This document shows positions 22,301 through 31,437 of a DNA stretch of 32,496 nt, one piece after another. The stretch comes from Chloroflexota bacterium. Its GTDB lineage: Bacteria > Chloroflexota > Anaerolineae > B4-G1 > SLSP01. Location of the stretch: assembly GCA_009908585.1 (NCBI GenBank), contig JAAAOZ010000004.1:1-32496 (forward strand), written 5' to 3'. The translations under genes were made by a program, and so were the position numbers. A model generated the notes under the pieces. It ran no database searches, was not told the DNA's origin, and worked only from the letters and a program-made list of their open reading frames with translations. How positions within the stretch are numbered: the first letter of the stretch is position 1; each line of letters begins with the position of its first letter.

Positions 22301-25300
22301 GCTCTCCTGGCCCAATTCGAGGCCATCACCGAAGACGAAGGCGCATCTCCGGAAGAATTCGAGCGCGTTTACACTCAATTGCAGGAAACCGAGCAGGCCC
22401 TGGAACAGCTTGACCAACAGATGCGCGAAGGAGACGTGGCGGCCAAAATACAGGAGGCCCAAGACCTCTCCGATGTGTCCACGGAACTCGAACAGGATCG
22501 CGAGCAGGCGCGCACCCTTGAGGAGCAACGCGCTTTCAACCGTTCGCCGGAAGCAACACGCCAGAAAGAGATCGAACGCCGCAAAACAGAGGCTAAAAAG
22601 TCTAGCATCCGTCTTCAAGAACAAGAAGAGAAGCTCATTCGTAAGGCGCAGCAGCTTACCGCCGAACTTGGGGAGAACTGGGAAAGCATCCAGGCTAACA
22701 TGGAGTCTTCCGGTCAAAGTGCCGCCGAACTCGTCGGAAGCCTTACCCGCCAGAAGCAAGAGCAAAAACAACTAAGGAAGGCCCAACAACTGGCCGCCGA
22801 ACTTGGCGAGGACTGGGAGAGCATCCAATCTAACATGGAAGCTTCCGGCCAAAGCGCCGCCGAGATCGTCGGAAGCCTTACCCGCCAGAAAAAGGAAGCG
22901 AGGGAACTGGCCCAAGCGGAAGCCCGCGCCCAGAAAGAGGCCCGCCAGCGCGAGGTACTGAGCGAGCGAGCGCAGCAAATGACCACCAAGATCGGCGTTT
23001 CCTGGCGCGCCGTAGAGGACGCCGCCGACGCTACCGGATTGAGCATCGAAGAGATCGTCCGCGAACTTGAAACTGTGGCCAATAACCAGCAGCGGATCAA
23101 CCGCCACGCGGATCGATTGCGAGAGAACTACACGGGCATTGGCGGAACGATTAAGCTGTTCCGCGACGAGATCAACGCCGCCGCCAAAGAAAGCGAAGGG
23201 CTAACACAACTTGGACGCAATCTTGAGCAGGTGGCGAATAACCTGGGACGCACGTCCATGGTGATCGGCGGAAGTTTAATCAAGGCGGGGAAAGATTACC
23301 GCGACTTCATCTCGCAGACCGACATGGCCGCGCGCGCCGTGGGACTTAACCAGCAAATGACCCAAGGCCTCCGCGCCGACGTAATGGCCATGTCTACAGA
23401 AACCGGCATCGACCCCCGCGAAATCTCGCGCGGCCTCACAGCTTGGGCACAAGATGCCAACGTCACCATCGAAACCCAGGAGGAGCTAAACGCCCTCTTG
23501 GAAAACACAATCCCCATCCAGGAAGCCGTGGCCCTTACCGGCGTCGACATGGCAACCATGTCGCAGGCCGCCGCCGCCGCTATAAATCAGTACGGCAAAG
23601 AGATGGAGGATGTGGAAGAAATAACGGCCATTTTTAACAAGGTGGCCAACGAGACCTTAGCCAGCGTCTCGGACGTAGCCGGATCGTTCAAGATGGCAAG
23701 CGCTACAGCAGAACGCGCCGGCGAGAGCCTGGAAGACACCGCCGCCGTCTTTACCCTCCTCGGCGAGAACGGCATCAAGGCAACCCAGGCCGGCACTGGT
23801 TACCAGCAGATGCTTGACAATCTCCTGGTGCCAACCTCAGAAAAGGCCAAGGAAGTCCTGGTCGACCTTTTTGGAGATGAAGAGGCTTTCTTTGATCAAG
23901 AAGGGAACTTCGTCGGCACCGCCAAAGCCATCGAGATGATAGCAGAAGCAACGCGAGGCCTGACCGATCAGCAACGCGAAGCGGCCATGGGAGCACTTTT
24001 TACTCAAAACGCTTCGCGAGTTGCGGCGATCCTTGTCCGCGAGCAGATGGAGGCCGGCGCGCAAGGCATAAACACGCTGAAAGAAAAGGCATCAGAGCTA
24101 TCCGCCGATTCACTCCAGGAATGGGAACAACAACGCGAAGACCTCGAAAGCAGCGAAACGCAACGCATCGCCCGTTTGGAACAGGAATGGCGCCGCCTTT
24201 GGCTTACCATAGGACAACAGGGGATGGAGCTTGTCCTCCCCACGGTTGAAGCGACGTCTCAAGCCTTAGAAAAAGTAAGCGCGTTCGCCGGACAATACCC
24301 ACAGGTAGTAAAAGCCTTCGCGGTTTTGGCCGGCGGAGGATTTGCAATCAGTCGCCTGCTGGCCGCAACGGGAACCGCACTTCAAACTATCAACATGGCC
24401 AGCAACCTGGCCAAGGGGACATGGGGCGTCTTAGAATTCAAGTCCGCCGTAGTTACCTCGGCTGAAACTTTTCGCGAGATCGTAACCGAGGCCGCCGCAA
24501 CAGCAGCGACAACGGAGACGGAGGGAGCCAAGGCGGAAGGCGTCATCGAGGCCGAAAGCGCAGTCGATGAGAAAGTCATCGAGGCCAGCAGCGCAGAAGC
24601 TGAAGGAGTCATTGAGGCAAAAAGCGCGGTCGATGAGGAAGTCATTGAGGCCAAAGGCGCAGAAATCGAAGGAGCATTAGAGGCCAAAAGCGCAATCGAT
24701 GAGGAGGTCATTGAGGTTACAGGAGCAAAAACAGAGACCGCCATCGAGACCGCATCCGCCGGCGGCCTGGCCGCCGCGCTTGGAACTGCCGCCGCCGGCA
24801 TATCAGCGCTGGCAACGGCAGTCCTTGTCCCCCTTGCTGGTATCTTTGGCGGCGCGAAAATATACGATGAATTTATAGCCGACAAAATAGGGGGAGCTTC
24901 TCTAGAGCAATTCGGAGCCGTCACCGCCTATGCAGTAGGCGAGGCCCTAGAAAAAATCGGGCTTGGAGAGGATCTGGGAGAACGATGGTTTAGCCGTCGC
25001 GCCGGCCTTGAGCAGGAGCAACCCAACCCCGCATCCTACCTCCCCGGTCCAAACCTAAGAACGACCGGCCCGTCCGGTGATGACATGCTGCGGGAGTTTG
25101 GCATCATGCTCCCTGGAACAGGGATCGACGGGATCAAAGACCTCGACGGCGCGATCAAGGATCTGGGCGACACGGCAACCGATGCGAGCTATGAAATCTA
25201 CGATGCCCAACGTCAACAAGAAGACGCCTACGATCTCTCCGAAGAACAGGAGAAAGCAGTCGATCTGTACGTAGAGCTTCTTCAGAAGCAAAAAACGGCC

Positions 25301-26245
25301 CTCGACGACCTAAACGCCAGCATCGCGGAAGCTAACGCCGATCTCCAGACCGACTTAGCAAAAATGGAAGACGACTACAACCAAAACCGCCGCGACGCCG
25401 CCGAGGACTTCCGGCAATCCGAGGCCGAGCAGGAGCGCCAGCACCAAGAGAAACGAGCACGCGCCCTCGAAGAGCATAACAAGCGCATGCGGCGCATGCG
25501 AGAGGATCACGAAGCGCGCGTCTTTGACCTCGAATTGGCCCGCGACGCCGCCGGTCTGTTCAAAGAAAAGCGAAACTACGAAAAGGAGAAGTCGCGCGCC
25601 GAGGAGGACTTCGCGGATCAGCAGCAACAACAGGCCGAGCAATACCAGCGGGAGCGCGCCAAGCGCGCCCAACAACACCAGCAGCGCATGGTCGACATCG
25701 AAACCGAGTATCAGCGCCGGCGCACCGAGCGCATCCAACAAAACACGGAGCGCGTCGCAGAGATGAGGCAGCAACACCAGGAAGAAATGGCCCGCTTGGA
25801 ACGTGAGTATTTCGACAAGATCAATGCAGAATTAAACTATTTCACGCAATCAAAGGCCCAACGCGAGGCCTACTATCAAGCAATGATACAGGATACTGAG
25901 AGATTCCTGGCCGCCAACCGCAACATTTGGGCCCGACACATCGCCAACTTGCCCACGCCATCCGGCGTCTCGATACCAGCAGGTGGCCTCCGCGCCCGCG
26001 CGGCCGGTGGCTACATCCGCAACACCGAACCGCACATGATGCACGCCGGGGAATTCGTCATGTCACCAGGCACCACGCGGCAAGTTGAAGCGGCGATGGG
26101 TACCCGACTAAACCAACAGAACGTCCGGCGTGGCGGCGGCGTAAACATCTCCGCCACCTTCACCGGGATGGGCACCGCAGATCGCACCTGGTACGAGGCA
26201 AAACTTCAGGAATTCGAGCGCGAGATCACCGACGCGATTCTGTAA
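19331..26245 (+). CDS. tape measure protein (2304 aa)
   Basis: Size, coiled-coil composition, a TP901-type core region (SDVAGSFKMASATAERAGESLEDTAAVFTLLGENGIKATQAGTGYQQML), hydrophobic segments near 24.3-24.9 kb, and position after G/GT. Confidence 0.95.
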   Translation: MTTDFKIKITIDGQDAAQQAGDVRKAIEKELGAITFQTKMDKSTANALKRMFSYAGKEAKNLERAAAALQQIGEVDPDSLEGLHRAMLSIKQDAKGIGKAMADGMQENWGRLETTLTAIQSQISGIVARGPASAFGEMTGEIQGLDDALDAGTTKAVSAMQKIKELEGRIQGATEEIGRLGSQRFQPLSGATTTTMDALFEGFASSGYKSYISRIKNKITRELEEMQVEVAGKMANVQDHIARRVEIGTRMRDMVIGGGLSEDEVEEVQSHYDRLGVAITVSAEGLAQNMEEVRQAIREHMAIEPPEGSPELAQWKEQMETLSAIKIDIDREIGEARSSVYDQETVALMSKMDARERELREEHAGNIELWEEFGMESIEEVKQALEREGQQAAANTIASMVKLQERVNRLQQKQKAQVSKLQKGATAQLPKGAQGTLVDFINAQKAMGDAVTGTIEIINEQADAFDNLVEAMDAAAKASEGMNYIERRASQELEAAARRELTKRTRASVPLDQAAENSRDVLTRLAGHVASLRTAIETPMDEMAQATDEAADGVESDVSQLRQKLTELQTQAMKEIESLPRRGVGIEKATEQSRAVLLRLAQEIEALQQTAAKPAEDAAEATQDTAKQVASSVDKIERELASDPTEPAKEQAKGLVKVWQWVSDKLVGHSIVPEMVAGINAELRKIDTRPIADVKSAATPGPTASDLQGVALYNETGQNRAVGKAMQRQHSTAWWAAYTNAFTASQEGMAAVAQKTEQDIAAATDHQQAIRNTQTAARAILDEWRQVYEELVGHSIIPDMVREINAWLAKVDPEYFGSEALVGMAESTAQEVSEVLTAATEGLPIENITARLADLEAERKSLNREMAEMTLRGGLQPSKQAGPRYRAMMDEMYSDMDKMRGEIGGEGWGSDEEAAMRAMGYMPKGWSPHQGERMTEGSEDEFVRALNTDAEFKTRFTAEEEARLEGVMEKLAAVEVQYATLAQSLIKRRDALLAQFEAITEDEGASPEEFERVYTQLQETEQALEQLDQQMREGDVAAKIQEAQDLSDVSTELEQDREQARTLEEQRAFNRSPEATRQKEIERRKTEAKKSSIRLQEQEEKLIRKAQQLTAELGENWESIQANMESSGQSAAELVGSLTRQKQEQKQLRKAQQLAAELGEDWESIQSNMEASGQSAAEIVGSLTRQKKEARELAQAEARAQKEARQREVLSERAQQMTTKIGVSWRAVEDAADATGLSIEEIVRELETVANNQQRINRHADRLRENYTGIGGTIKLFRDEINAAAKESEGLTQLGRNLEQVANNLGRTSMVIGGSLIKAGKDYRDFISQTDMAARAVGLNQQMTQGLRADVMAMSTETGIDPREISRGLTAWAQDANVTIETQEELNALLENTIPIQEAVALTGVDMATMSQAAAAAINQYGKEMEDVEEITAIFNKVANETLASVSDVAGSFKMASATAERAGESLEDTAAVFTLLGENGIKATQAGTGYQQMLDNLLVPTSEKAKEVLVDLFGDEEAFFDQEGNFVGTAKAIEMIAEATRGLTDQQREAAMGALFTQNASRVAAILVREQMEAGAQGINTLKEKASELSADSLQEWEQQREDLESSETQRIARLEQEWRRLWLTIGQQGMELVLPTVEATSQALEKVSAFAGQYPQVVKAFAVLAGGGFAISRLLAATGTALQTINMASNLAKGTWGVLEFKSAVVTSAETFREIVTEAAATAATTETEGAKAEGVIEAESAVDEKVIEASSAEAEGVIEAKSAVDEEVIEAKGAEIEGALEAKSAIDEEVIEVTGAKTETAIETASAGGLAAALGTAAAGISALATAVLVPLAGIFGGAKIYDEFIADKIGGASLEQFGAVTAYAVGEALEKIGLGEDLGERWFSRRAGLEQEQPNPASYLPGPNLRTTGPSGDDMLREFGIMLPGTGIDGIKDLDGAIKDLGDTATDASYEIYDAQRQQEDAYDLSEEQEKAVDLYVELLQKQKTALDDLNASIAEANADLQTDLAKMEDDYNQNRRDAAEDFRQSEAEQERQHQEKRARALEEHNKRMRRMREDHEARVFDLELARDAAGLFKEKRNYEKEKSRAEEDFADQQQQQAEQYQRERAKRAQQHQQRMVDIETEYQRRRTERIQQNTERVAEMRQQHQEEMARLEREYFDKINAELNYFTQSKAQREAYYQAMIQDTERFLAANRNIWARHIANLPTPSGVSIPAGGLRARAAGGYIRNTEPHMMHAGEFVMSPGTTRQVEAAMGTRLNQQNVRRGGGVNISATFTGMGTADRTWYEAKLQEFEREITDAIL
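22640..22909 (+). repeat. 135-bp (45-aa) tandem duplication inside the tape measure gene
   Basis: RKAQQLTAELGENWESIQANMESSGQSAAELVGSLTRQK aligns with RKAQQLAAELGEDWESIQSNMEASGQSAAEIVGSLTRQK. Confidence 0.85.
24533..24730 (+). repeat. three 66-bp (22-aa) tandem repeats inside the tape measure gene
   Basis: AEGVIEAESAVDEKVIEASS / AEGVIEAKSAVDEEVIEAKG / IEGALEAKSAIDEEVIEVTG. Confidence 0.8.
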
Positions 26246-26246
26246 C

Positions 26247-26260
26247 ATTTCCCAGGAAAT
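26247..26260. promoter_or_regulatory. palindromic site ATTTCC-CA-GGAAAT (copy 4 of 4)
   Basis: Within the 19-nt exact repeat 26243-26261, immediately after the tape-measure stop codon. Confidence 0.45.
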
Positions 26261-26274
26261 AACCAAGGAGCAAT

Positions 26275-26655
26275 ATGGGCAATTACCGGATCAGCAATAC
26301 CCACCCCTTTGACGATGACGATCTCTGCACAGCGCGCTTTGAGTTTGACCCGCGCAGCAGCTACACGCCGGGTGCAGAGCGCGTAACGACGTTGGCCGGC
26401 ACAACTGAGGATGTGGGATACCAACGCAGCATCTGGACATTCTCGGCGCTTTCGATAGCGCAATGGTCAGCGCTCAAAAGCCTCGTCGGAGGGGAAAGCG
26501 GAGAGGTCTACATCGAAACAAGAAACGATGTGGACACATGGGCAGAATACCGCGCCCTGGCCAGACTGCCAAACCCCGGAGACCTAACGCGCGCCGGCGG
26601 CTATTATGAATCCGTGACCGTAACGCTCCTGCTTTTGGAGGATGTTACCCCATGA
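26275..26655 (+). CDS. minor tail protein (126 aa; distal-tail or gpM-like by position)
   Basis: First gene after the tape measure. AAGGAG RBS. Confidence 0.7.
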   Translation: MGNYRISNTHPFDDDDLCTARFEFDPRSSYTPGAERVTTLAGTTEDVGYQRSIWTFSALSIAQWSALKSLVGGESGEVYIETRNDVDTWAEYRALARLPNPGDLTRAGGYYESVTVTLLLLEDVTP

Positions 26656-29450
26656 ATTTGAATAGCGCGCGCCTTGCTCTGCTACTAGCCCCCAATACCC
26701 CGCTATGGATCGGTACGGTGACCGGCTACGATAATAGCACCTACGAGCTATCCACCAGCACCGATAGCGGAACGATCCCCGGCAACGTCGAGAATTTGCT
26801 TTTGATCCGCGAGGGAGTAGAGATCGCCCGTGTGCGCAGTGTGACAGGGACGACGTACACGCTGGGCGAGACTCCGATCTCCTACACCAGCGGAGACGAG
26901 GTCGCGCTTTACGATGTGCGCTTACCATGGCCGCGCTATCAGCGCATCGATGACGGCACGGTTTACAAGGATTTTGACATCCCTTTCCCCGCCACTTGGC
27001 AAGAAGAACTCCCCCCCACGCCCGTGGCCCTTGCTCGTCGAGGAACCAACGAGTGGCAAGAGGCCGTCTTTTGCGAACCCGGAGAAACCATAAACCTGGA
27101 CGCCAGCGGATCATTCGGCAATCTGGACGATGCCGCGCCACTAACCTACACCTGGGACGCCGGCGCTGGCGGAACTATCACCGGCAGCGGCGCGACCGTA
27201 ACCGCCAGTTACACAACGTCCGGCTTTCGATACCTGACCTTGACGGTAACGGACGCCCATGGCAGCACCTGCAACCGCTACATCCCCGTCTGGATCGGAG
27301 ACGCCGCCGCCGAGAACAACGTAACCCGCTGCAGCGGGCGATGGGACGTGAAACAAGGATGGACGGTCGATATCGAGATCGACGCGGAGATCGACATGCT
27401 GCAATACACCCCCGCCGCCGTGGTAGATATTGAAACCCAGGAAGTGATATTTTTTGGCTTTATCATTCCCAGCGCGCAAACAGAAACATTCGAGCGCATC
27501 ACGAAAACTCTAACCCTCCAGAGCGCCATGGCTTTCTCGCGTTACATTCACGCCTACCCTTTCCTGGTTACAGAGGTGACCGGCACAGACACACCCTCCG
27601 AGTGGGCGGATCTTTATGAACCCACACTATCCCGCGCTTTGTGGTTTTTGCTGTTTTGGCACAGCACGCTCCCGGAGGTGGCCAACGTTGACCTGGGCGA
27701 CGCCCCAACACGCGCCATTGCTGGGCAGGAATTCACTCTCGGCACCCTTCCCCAACAGACCGACGCTATTCTAAAGTCGGCCTTCTGGCACGCCAGATGC
27801 AACCGCGCCGGCGGATTCATTGTCAAGCCTGACCCCCTTTACCTTGACGATAGCGACTGGGCGGCACTCCCCGTCCGCGACCTTTCTGACCCCGCCGACC
27901 TACGAGAAAGCATCCGCACCACTTACGCAGAGCCAACCGTCAACCAGGTGAGATTCGGCGGCGTATACCAGGATACCGGCGGGTCGTTTGAGCCGGCACT
28001 CGCACAGGCCCCCGTGGCCCCCGGCCCGTGGGGAAGCCCGTCAGAGGTGAATAACCTGGCCCCCGCGACCGCCGCCGAACTGCGCACGTGGGCAGCCCGT
28101 CACATCGCCATTGAGAACACAGCGGACGAGATCGAAGTCACACCCGGCGCGGCGATTGACCCCGCCGGCTATCAAATAGCAGAACTCCCCGCCACAATCA
28201 AGATGGCCATCGAGAAAGCAAGTCTTGAATTTAATACAGACGCCATGCGGTGGCGGATTACCATCGGCGGCAGAACCTACGGACGCACAGCCAACGCGGT
28301 CGATGTACCCGTTCCGCCAGAAACCGAATTCCCCACACCCAGTCCACCGCCGGCCCTGCCGCCGATCTGGGACCCGATCCCCGACGATCCCGGCCTATAC
28401 GCACTGGTCGCCACGTCAAAGGGACTCTATCGATCCGACGACATCGAACTGGACGCCGCCGGAGATCCGGTTTGGTACGTCTGGGGTGATGAGCTTCACA
28501 TCCGCAGCGCGGCCTTTGATCCAGACAACCCGCAGGCATTGCAGCTTGGGATCTCCTCAGCAACGCCCGGCGACCCAACCACAGACGAACTTTACATCCG
28601 CCGGCCCAGCGTTACGGGAACCAACTGGCAGCAGATACTAACCATGGCCCAAGCCCTATCCTTAATAGGCTTTTCCTCTACGGGAAAAGAGCGATTTCGT
28701 TACTCGGCCTTTGACCCGCTTAACGAGATCGTATACCTAACGATGCAACGCAAGCTCACAGGCGGTAAATTTCTTTTCAAATCTACCGACTACGGCAGTA
28801 GTTGGACGGCAGTTGATCAAAGCGTGAGGTACAAAATCGGAGACGTGGTCGTCTTTTCGGATGGAACAGTTTTCATGGCCGTATCAGACGGCCTCGGAGG
28901 ACTTGGTCAAATTTGGGAGTCTGGCAATCAAGGCGTCGACTTCTCTCTTGCCTACGATGGACGAGGAGGAAACTGGTACCCGCACATGTTTGTAGATCGA
29001 GTCGCTGATGTTTTATACGCTGGCGCATTCACGCTTGACAACGACTATCGCCTATTGAGCGACGCGGCAGCCTATGAGTACATCGACACGACGACCTATA
29101 AGGCCGGCATCATTGATACAGTTAGGGGATGTGGTTATGGCCTCTCTGACTACCTCCGCACCGCGCGCGACGACACGCTTTTCTACACCAACGATGGAGC
29201 GACGACGTGGGGGAGCGTAACGCTCAGCGTTGCGGCCAGCAGAGCCATGGACGGTGATGCGGACGGAAACATCCTCCTGGCCAGAAGAGACGCGACAGCA
29301 ATCAATCCACACCTGATCTTCGCTACCTACAACGGATCCCCTCTGTACAACAAGGGCGGCGCAAACGCCGACCAAACAGACGGCGGAGGGGATAGTGTCC
29401 CCTACAGCGCCATCGTGGCCGACAAAGGCGTCGCCATAGGGTTATTGTAA
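26652..29450 (+). CDS. tail tip/baseplate protein with PKD domain and BNR (Asp-box) repeats (932 aa)
   Basis: PKD-like LDASGSF...LTYTWDAG...YLTLTVTDAHGS. Asp-boxes STDYGSSW and TNDGATTW in the C-terminal half. ATGA overlap. Confidence 0.85.
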   Translation: MNLNSARLALLLAPNTPLWIGTVTGYDNSTYELSTSTDSGTIPGNVENLLLIREGVEIARVRSVTGTTYTLGETPISYTSGDEVALYDVRLPWPRYQRIDDGTVYKDFDIPFPATWQEELPPTPVALARRGTNEWQEAVFCEPGETINLDASGSFGNLDDAAPLTYTWDAGAGGTITGSGATVTASYTTSGFRYLTLTVTDAHGSTCNRYIPVWIGDAAAENNVTRCSGRWDVKQGWTVDIEIDAEIDMLQYTPAAVVDIETQEVIFFGFIIPSAQTETFERITKTLTLQSAMAFSRYIHAYPFLVTEVTGTDTPSEWADLYEPTLSRALWFLLFWHSTLPEVANVDLGDAPTRAIAGQEFTLGTLPQQTDAILKSAFWHARCNRAGGFIVKPDPLYLDDSDWAALPVRDLSDPADLRESIRTTYAEPTVNQVRFGGVYQDTGGSFEPALAQAPVAPGPWGSPSEVNNLAPATAAELRTWAARHIAIENTADEIEVTPGAAIDPAGYQIAELPATIKMAIEKASLEFNTDAMRWRITIGGRTYGRTANAVDVPVPPETEFPTPSPPPALPPIWDPIPDDPGLYALVATSKGLYRSDDIELDAAGDPVWYVWGDELHIRSAAFDPDNPQALQLGISSATPGDPTTDELYIRRPSVTGTNWQQILTMAQALSLIGFSSTGKERFRYSAFDPLNEIVYLTMQRKLTGGKFLFKSTDYGSSWTAVDQSVRYKIGDVVVFSDGTVFMAVSDGLGGLGQIWESGNQGVDFSLAYDGRGGNWYPHMFVDRVADVLYAGAFTLDNDYRLLSDAAAYEYIDTTTYKAGIIDTVRGCGYGLSDYLRTARDDTLFYTNDGATTWGSVTLSVAASRAMDGDADGNILLARRDATAINPHLIFATYNGSPLYNKGGANADQTDGGGDSVPYSAIVADKGVAIGLL

Positions 29451-31369
29451 TGGTATCAAAAAGATTCATCAGAGCAGCGCGAAATATACGAAAGAAAGGC
29501 CCGTTCCAACGTGGCCTACTTGGAAACGCCGCTGGTGACATTCAAGTCGCAGATCGCCCCGGCTATTACTACGTAAGGGTAGAAAAGCCCGGTGGCTACG
29601 AGGAAGGCGTCTTTCCAGGTCGCGTGCCCCCTTACCTCAATCTACCCGTGAGAATCGAAACCCACCCGATCACAGACATCCAGTACATCGCCGGCGTTGA
29701 CGACGAAACGTTAAGATACGGAGGTCAAGACCCCGCCAATGTGCCAGACGTTGACCCCCACGCCGAAACCCACGAATGGGGAGGCGCGGACATGCTCATG
29801 TGGCTACACACCTCCCAAATTTTTCCCTTACGATGCCAAGCCCATGCGAGTGACACGGAAAGCGTAACGATCCAGGGAGGAACCTACTTCGCAGAAGGTG
29901 AGTTTTGCGCCTTGACCGCCACGCAGGATGTAGACCTATCAAGCTATTACCCGGTAAGCGGAAGAAAGTACATTCTCCTGTACCTGATGAGCGACGGAGT
30001 GGCCGCCGTACAGGATGACGGCGCGCCAACATTGACATCGATGGAACCCGCACCACCCGGCGCTTTTTGGTTGGCCGCCGTTCGCTTGCAGGCCGGCCAA
30101 CCCGTGACCTGGCAAGATATAGTGGATCTCCGTTTCCTTAACGCCGGCGTCATCGGCGGCAGCATGATCGCCCTCGGCGCCAATTACATCACCATTGGCG
30201 ACGACTACCCCGACTTGACCGGAGAATGGATGCAGATCGGAACCCAGGGAGACAACTGGGTCGGATGCCGCGACGTTGATACCGAGGTCTATGGCACAAC
30301 CGCCGTGAAGGCAGAAAACGGAATCGGCATGCTCTTAGAGGATGTGGCCGGCGTTGTAGATCGCGCCTTATTGACCTGGGGCGGAAACTACGAAATCCCC
30401 ATGGTGATTCGCCGCTGCGACGGCGACACCGGCGCCTTGGATGTAATGAGCATCGACTGGAACGGAGACATCTCCGTCTTGGCCGGGAGTTTGATCATGG
30501 CCGCCGGGGAGACCGTGGACACCGTGGACGTCTCAGAGCACACCCACGACGGGAGCGCCGGCGATGCCCCCGCCTTGCCATTCCTAAATTTGAGCGACAC
30601 ACCGTCAATCTACACCGGGCAGGCCGGGAAAATCGCCACTGTCAACCCTACCGAGGACGGATTGATCTTCGATGACGGTGGAGGTGGAGGGGGAGCAGAA
30701 AGCGGGATCACATTCCAAGCCAAATACTGGACGATTGACGGCCCCCTAGCCGCGGCGGACGAGGTCGGCGGCGTCTGGCGAGTTGCAGAAAATTTTATAA
30801 TCAGTACAATAACCATATACCTGCGGGATGCCGGCGATACGGGGAACACAATCATCGACGTAGAGCGCAGCGACGACGGGGGCCAGACCTGGACATCCCT
30901 ATTCCCGACATCGCCGAAACCAACGCTTCCCGGCGGGCAACTCGACCGCAGAGCATCCGCGATCCCAGACACAGCCCTTGTTTTTCAGAATGACCTATTG
31001 AGAGTCAACATAGACAACGTCGCGACCGCCGATCCAGGCTATGGCGCGCGCGGCCTTTCGGTACAAATTGACGGGGAGGTGCATCAGATGACACCAACGA
31101 CCTACGTCGTCACGCTGACGACGGCAGACACAGAATATAGCCAGGCATTGCCAACCGGCGTTCGCGCCGTATCATTCCGCGCGCGCGACGGGAGCACAGA
31201 AGTTAGATTCGCCTGGGAAACCGGGAAAGTTGCAACCCCGACCGATCCATACCAAACCCTCCAACCGGGCCGCGAATACTTCAAGGAAAACATCATCGCG
31301 GCAAGCGAGACGCTTTACCTGGCCAGCAGCACCGCTGGCACCGAGGTCGAGATCGAGGTGTGGGCATGA
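29450..31369 (+). CDS. tail fibre / receptor-binding-type structural protein (639 aa)
   Basis: TAATG overlap. HxH-type motifs (HAETHEW, SEHTHDG), a Gly6 hinge, and a beta-rich C-terminus. Confidence 0.8.
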   Translation: MVSKRFIRAARNIRKKGPFQRGLLGNAAGDIQVADRPGYYYVRVEKPGGYEEGVFPGRVPPYLNLPVRIETHPITDIQYIAGVDDETLRYGGQDPANVPDVDPHAETHEWGGADMLMWLHTSQIFPLRCQAHASDTESVTIQGGTYFAEGEFCALTATQDVDLSSYYPVSGRKYILLYLMSDGVAAVQDDGAPTLTSMEPAPPGAFWLAAVRLQAGQPVTWQDIVDLRFLNAGVIGGSMIALGANYITIGDDYPDLTGEWMQIGTQGDNWVGCRDVDTEVYGTTAVKAENGIGMLLEDVAGVVDRALLTWGGNYEIPMVIRRCDGDTGALDVMSIDWNGDISVLAGSLIMAAGETVDTVDVSEHTHDGSAGDAPALPFLNLSDTPSIYTGQAGKIATVNPTEDGLIFDDGGGGGGAESGITFQAKYWTIDGPLAAADEVGGVWRVAENFIISTITIYLRDAGDTGNTIIDVERSDDGGQTWTSLFPTSPKPTLPGGQLDRRASAIPDTALVFQNDLLRVNIDNVATADPGYGARGLSVQIDGEVHQMTPTTYVVTLTTADTEYSQALPTGVRAVSFRARDGSTEVRFAWETGKVATPTDPYQTLQPGREYFKENIIAASETLYLASSTAGTEVEIEVWA

Positions 31370-31437
31370 ACGCAGGGGAAAAAGCAGTCCGTTTGTTCTT
31401 GGCGTTTTTACCAATTCTGATGACAGGAGGATCGACC

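Noticed and set aside
22640-24730. Tandem repeats considered as a CRISPR-like array
   Set aside because: The units are contiguous with no spacers, in frame, and translate into repeated coiled-coil peptide segments of the tape measure.
19489-25777. Many 60-180-aa ORFs in other frames or on the other strand within the tape measure gene
   Set aside because: They are by-products of a long repetitive Ala/Glu/Gln-rich gene, and none has an independent RBS or motif.
29448-29459. TAATGGTATCAA resembling the TGgTATCAT extended -10 promoters
   Set aside because: It sits exactly on a stop/start overlap with no intergenic space and differs in the last position. It is probably coincidental, although an internal promoter cannot be excluded without transcript data.
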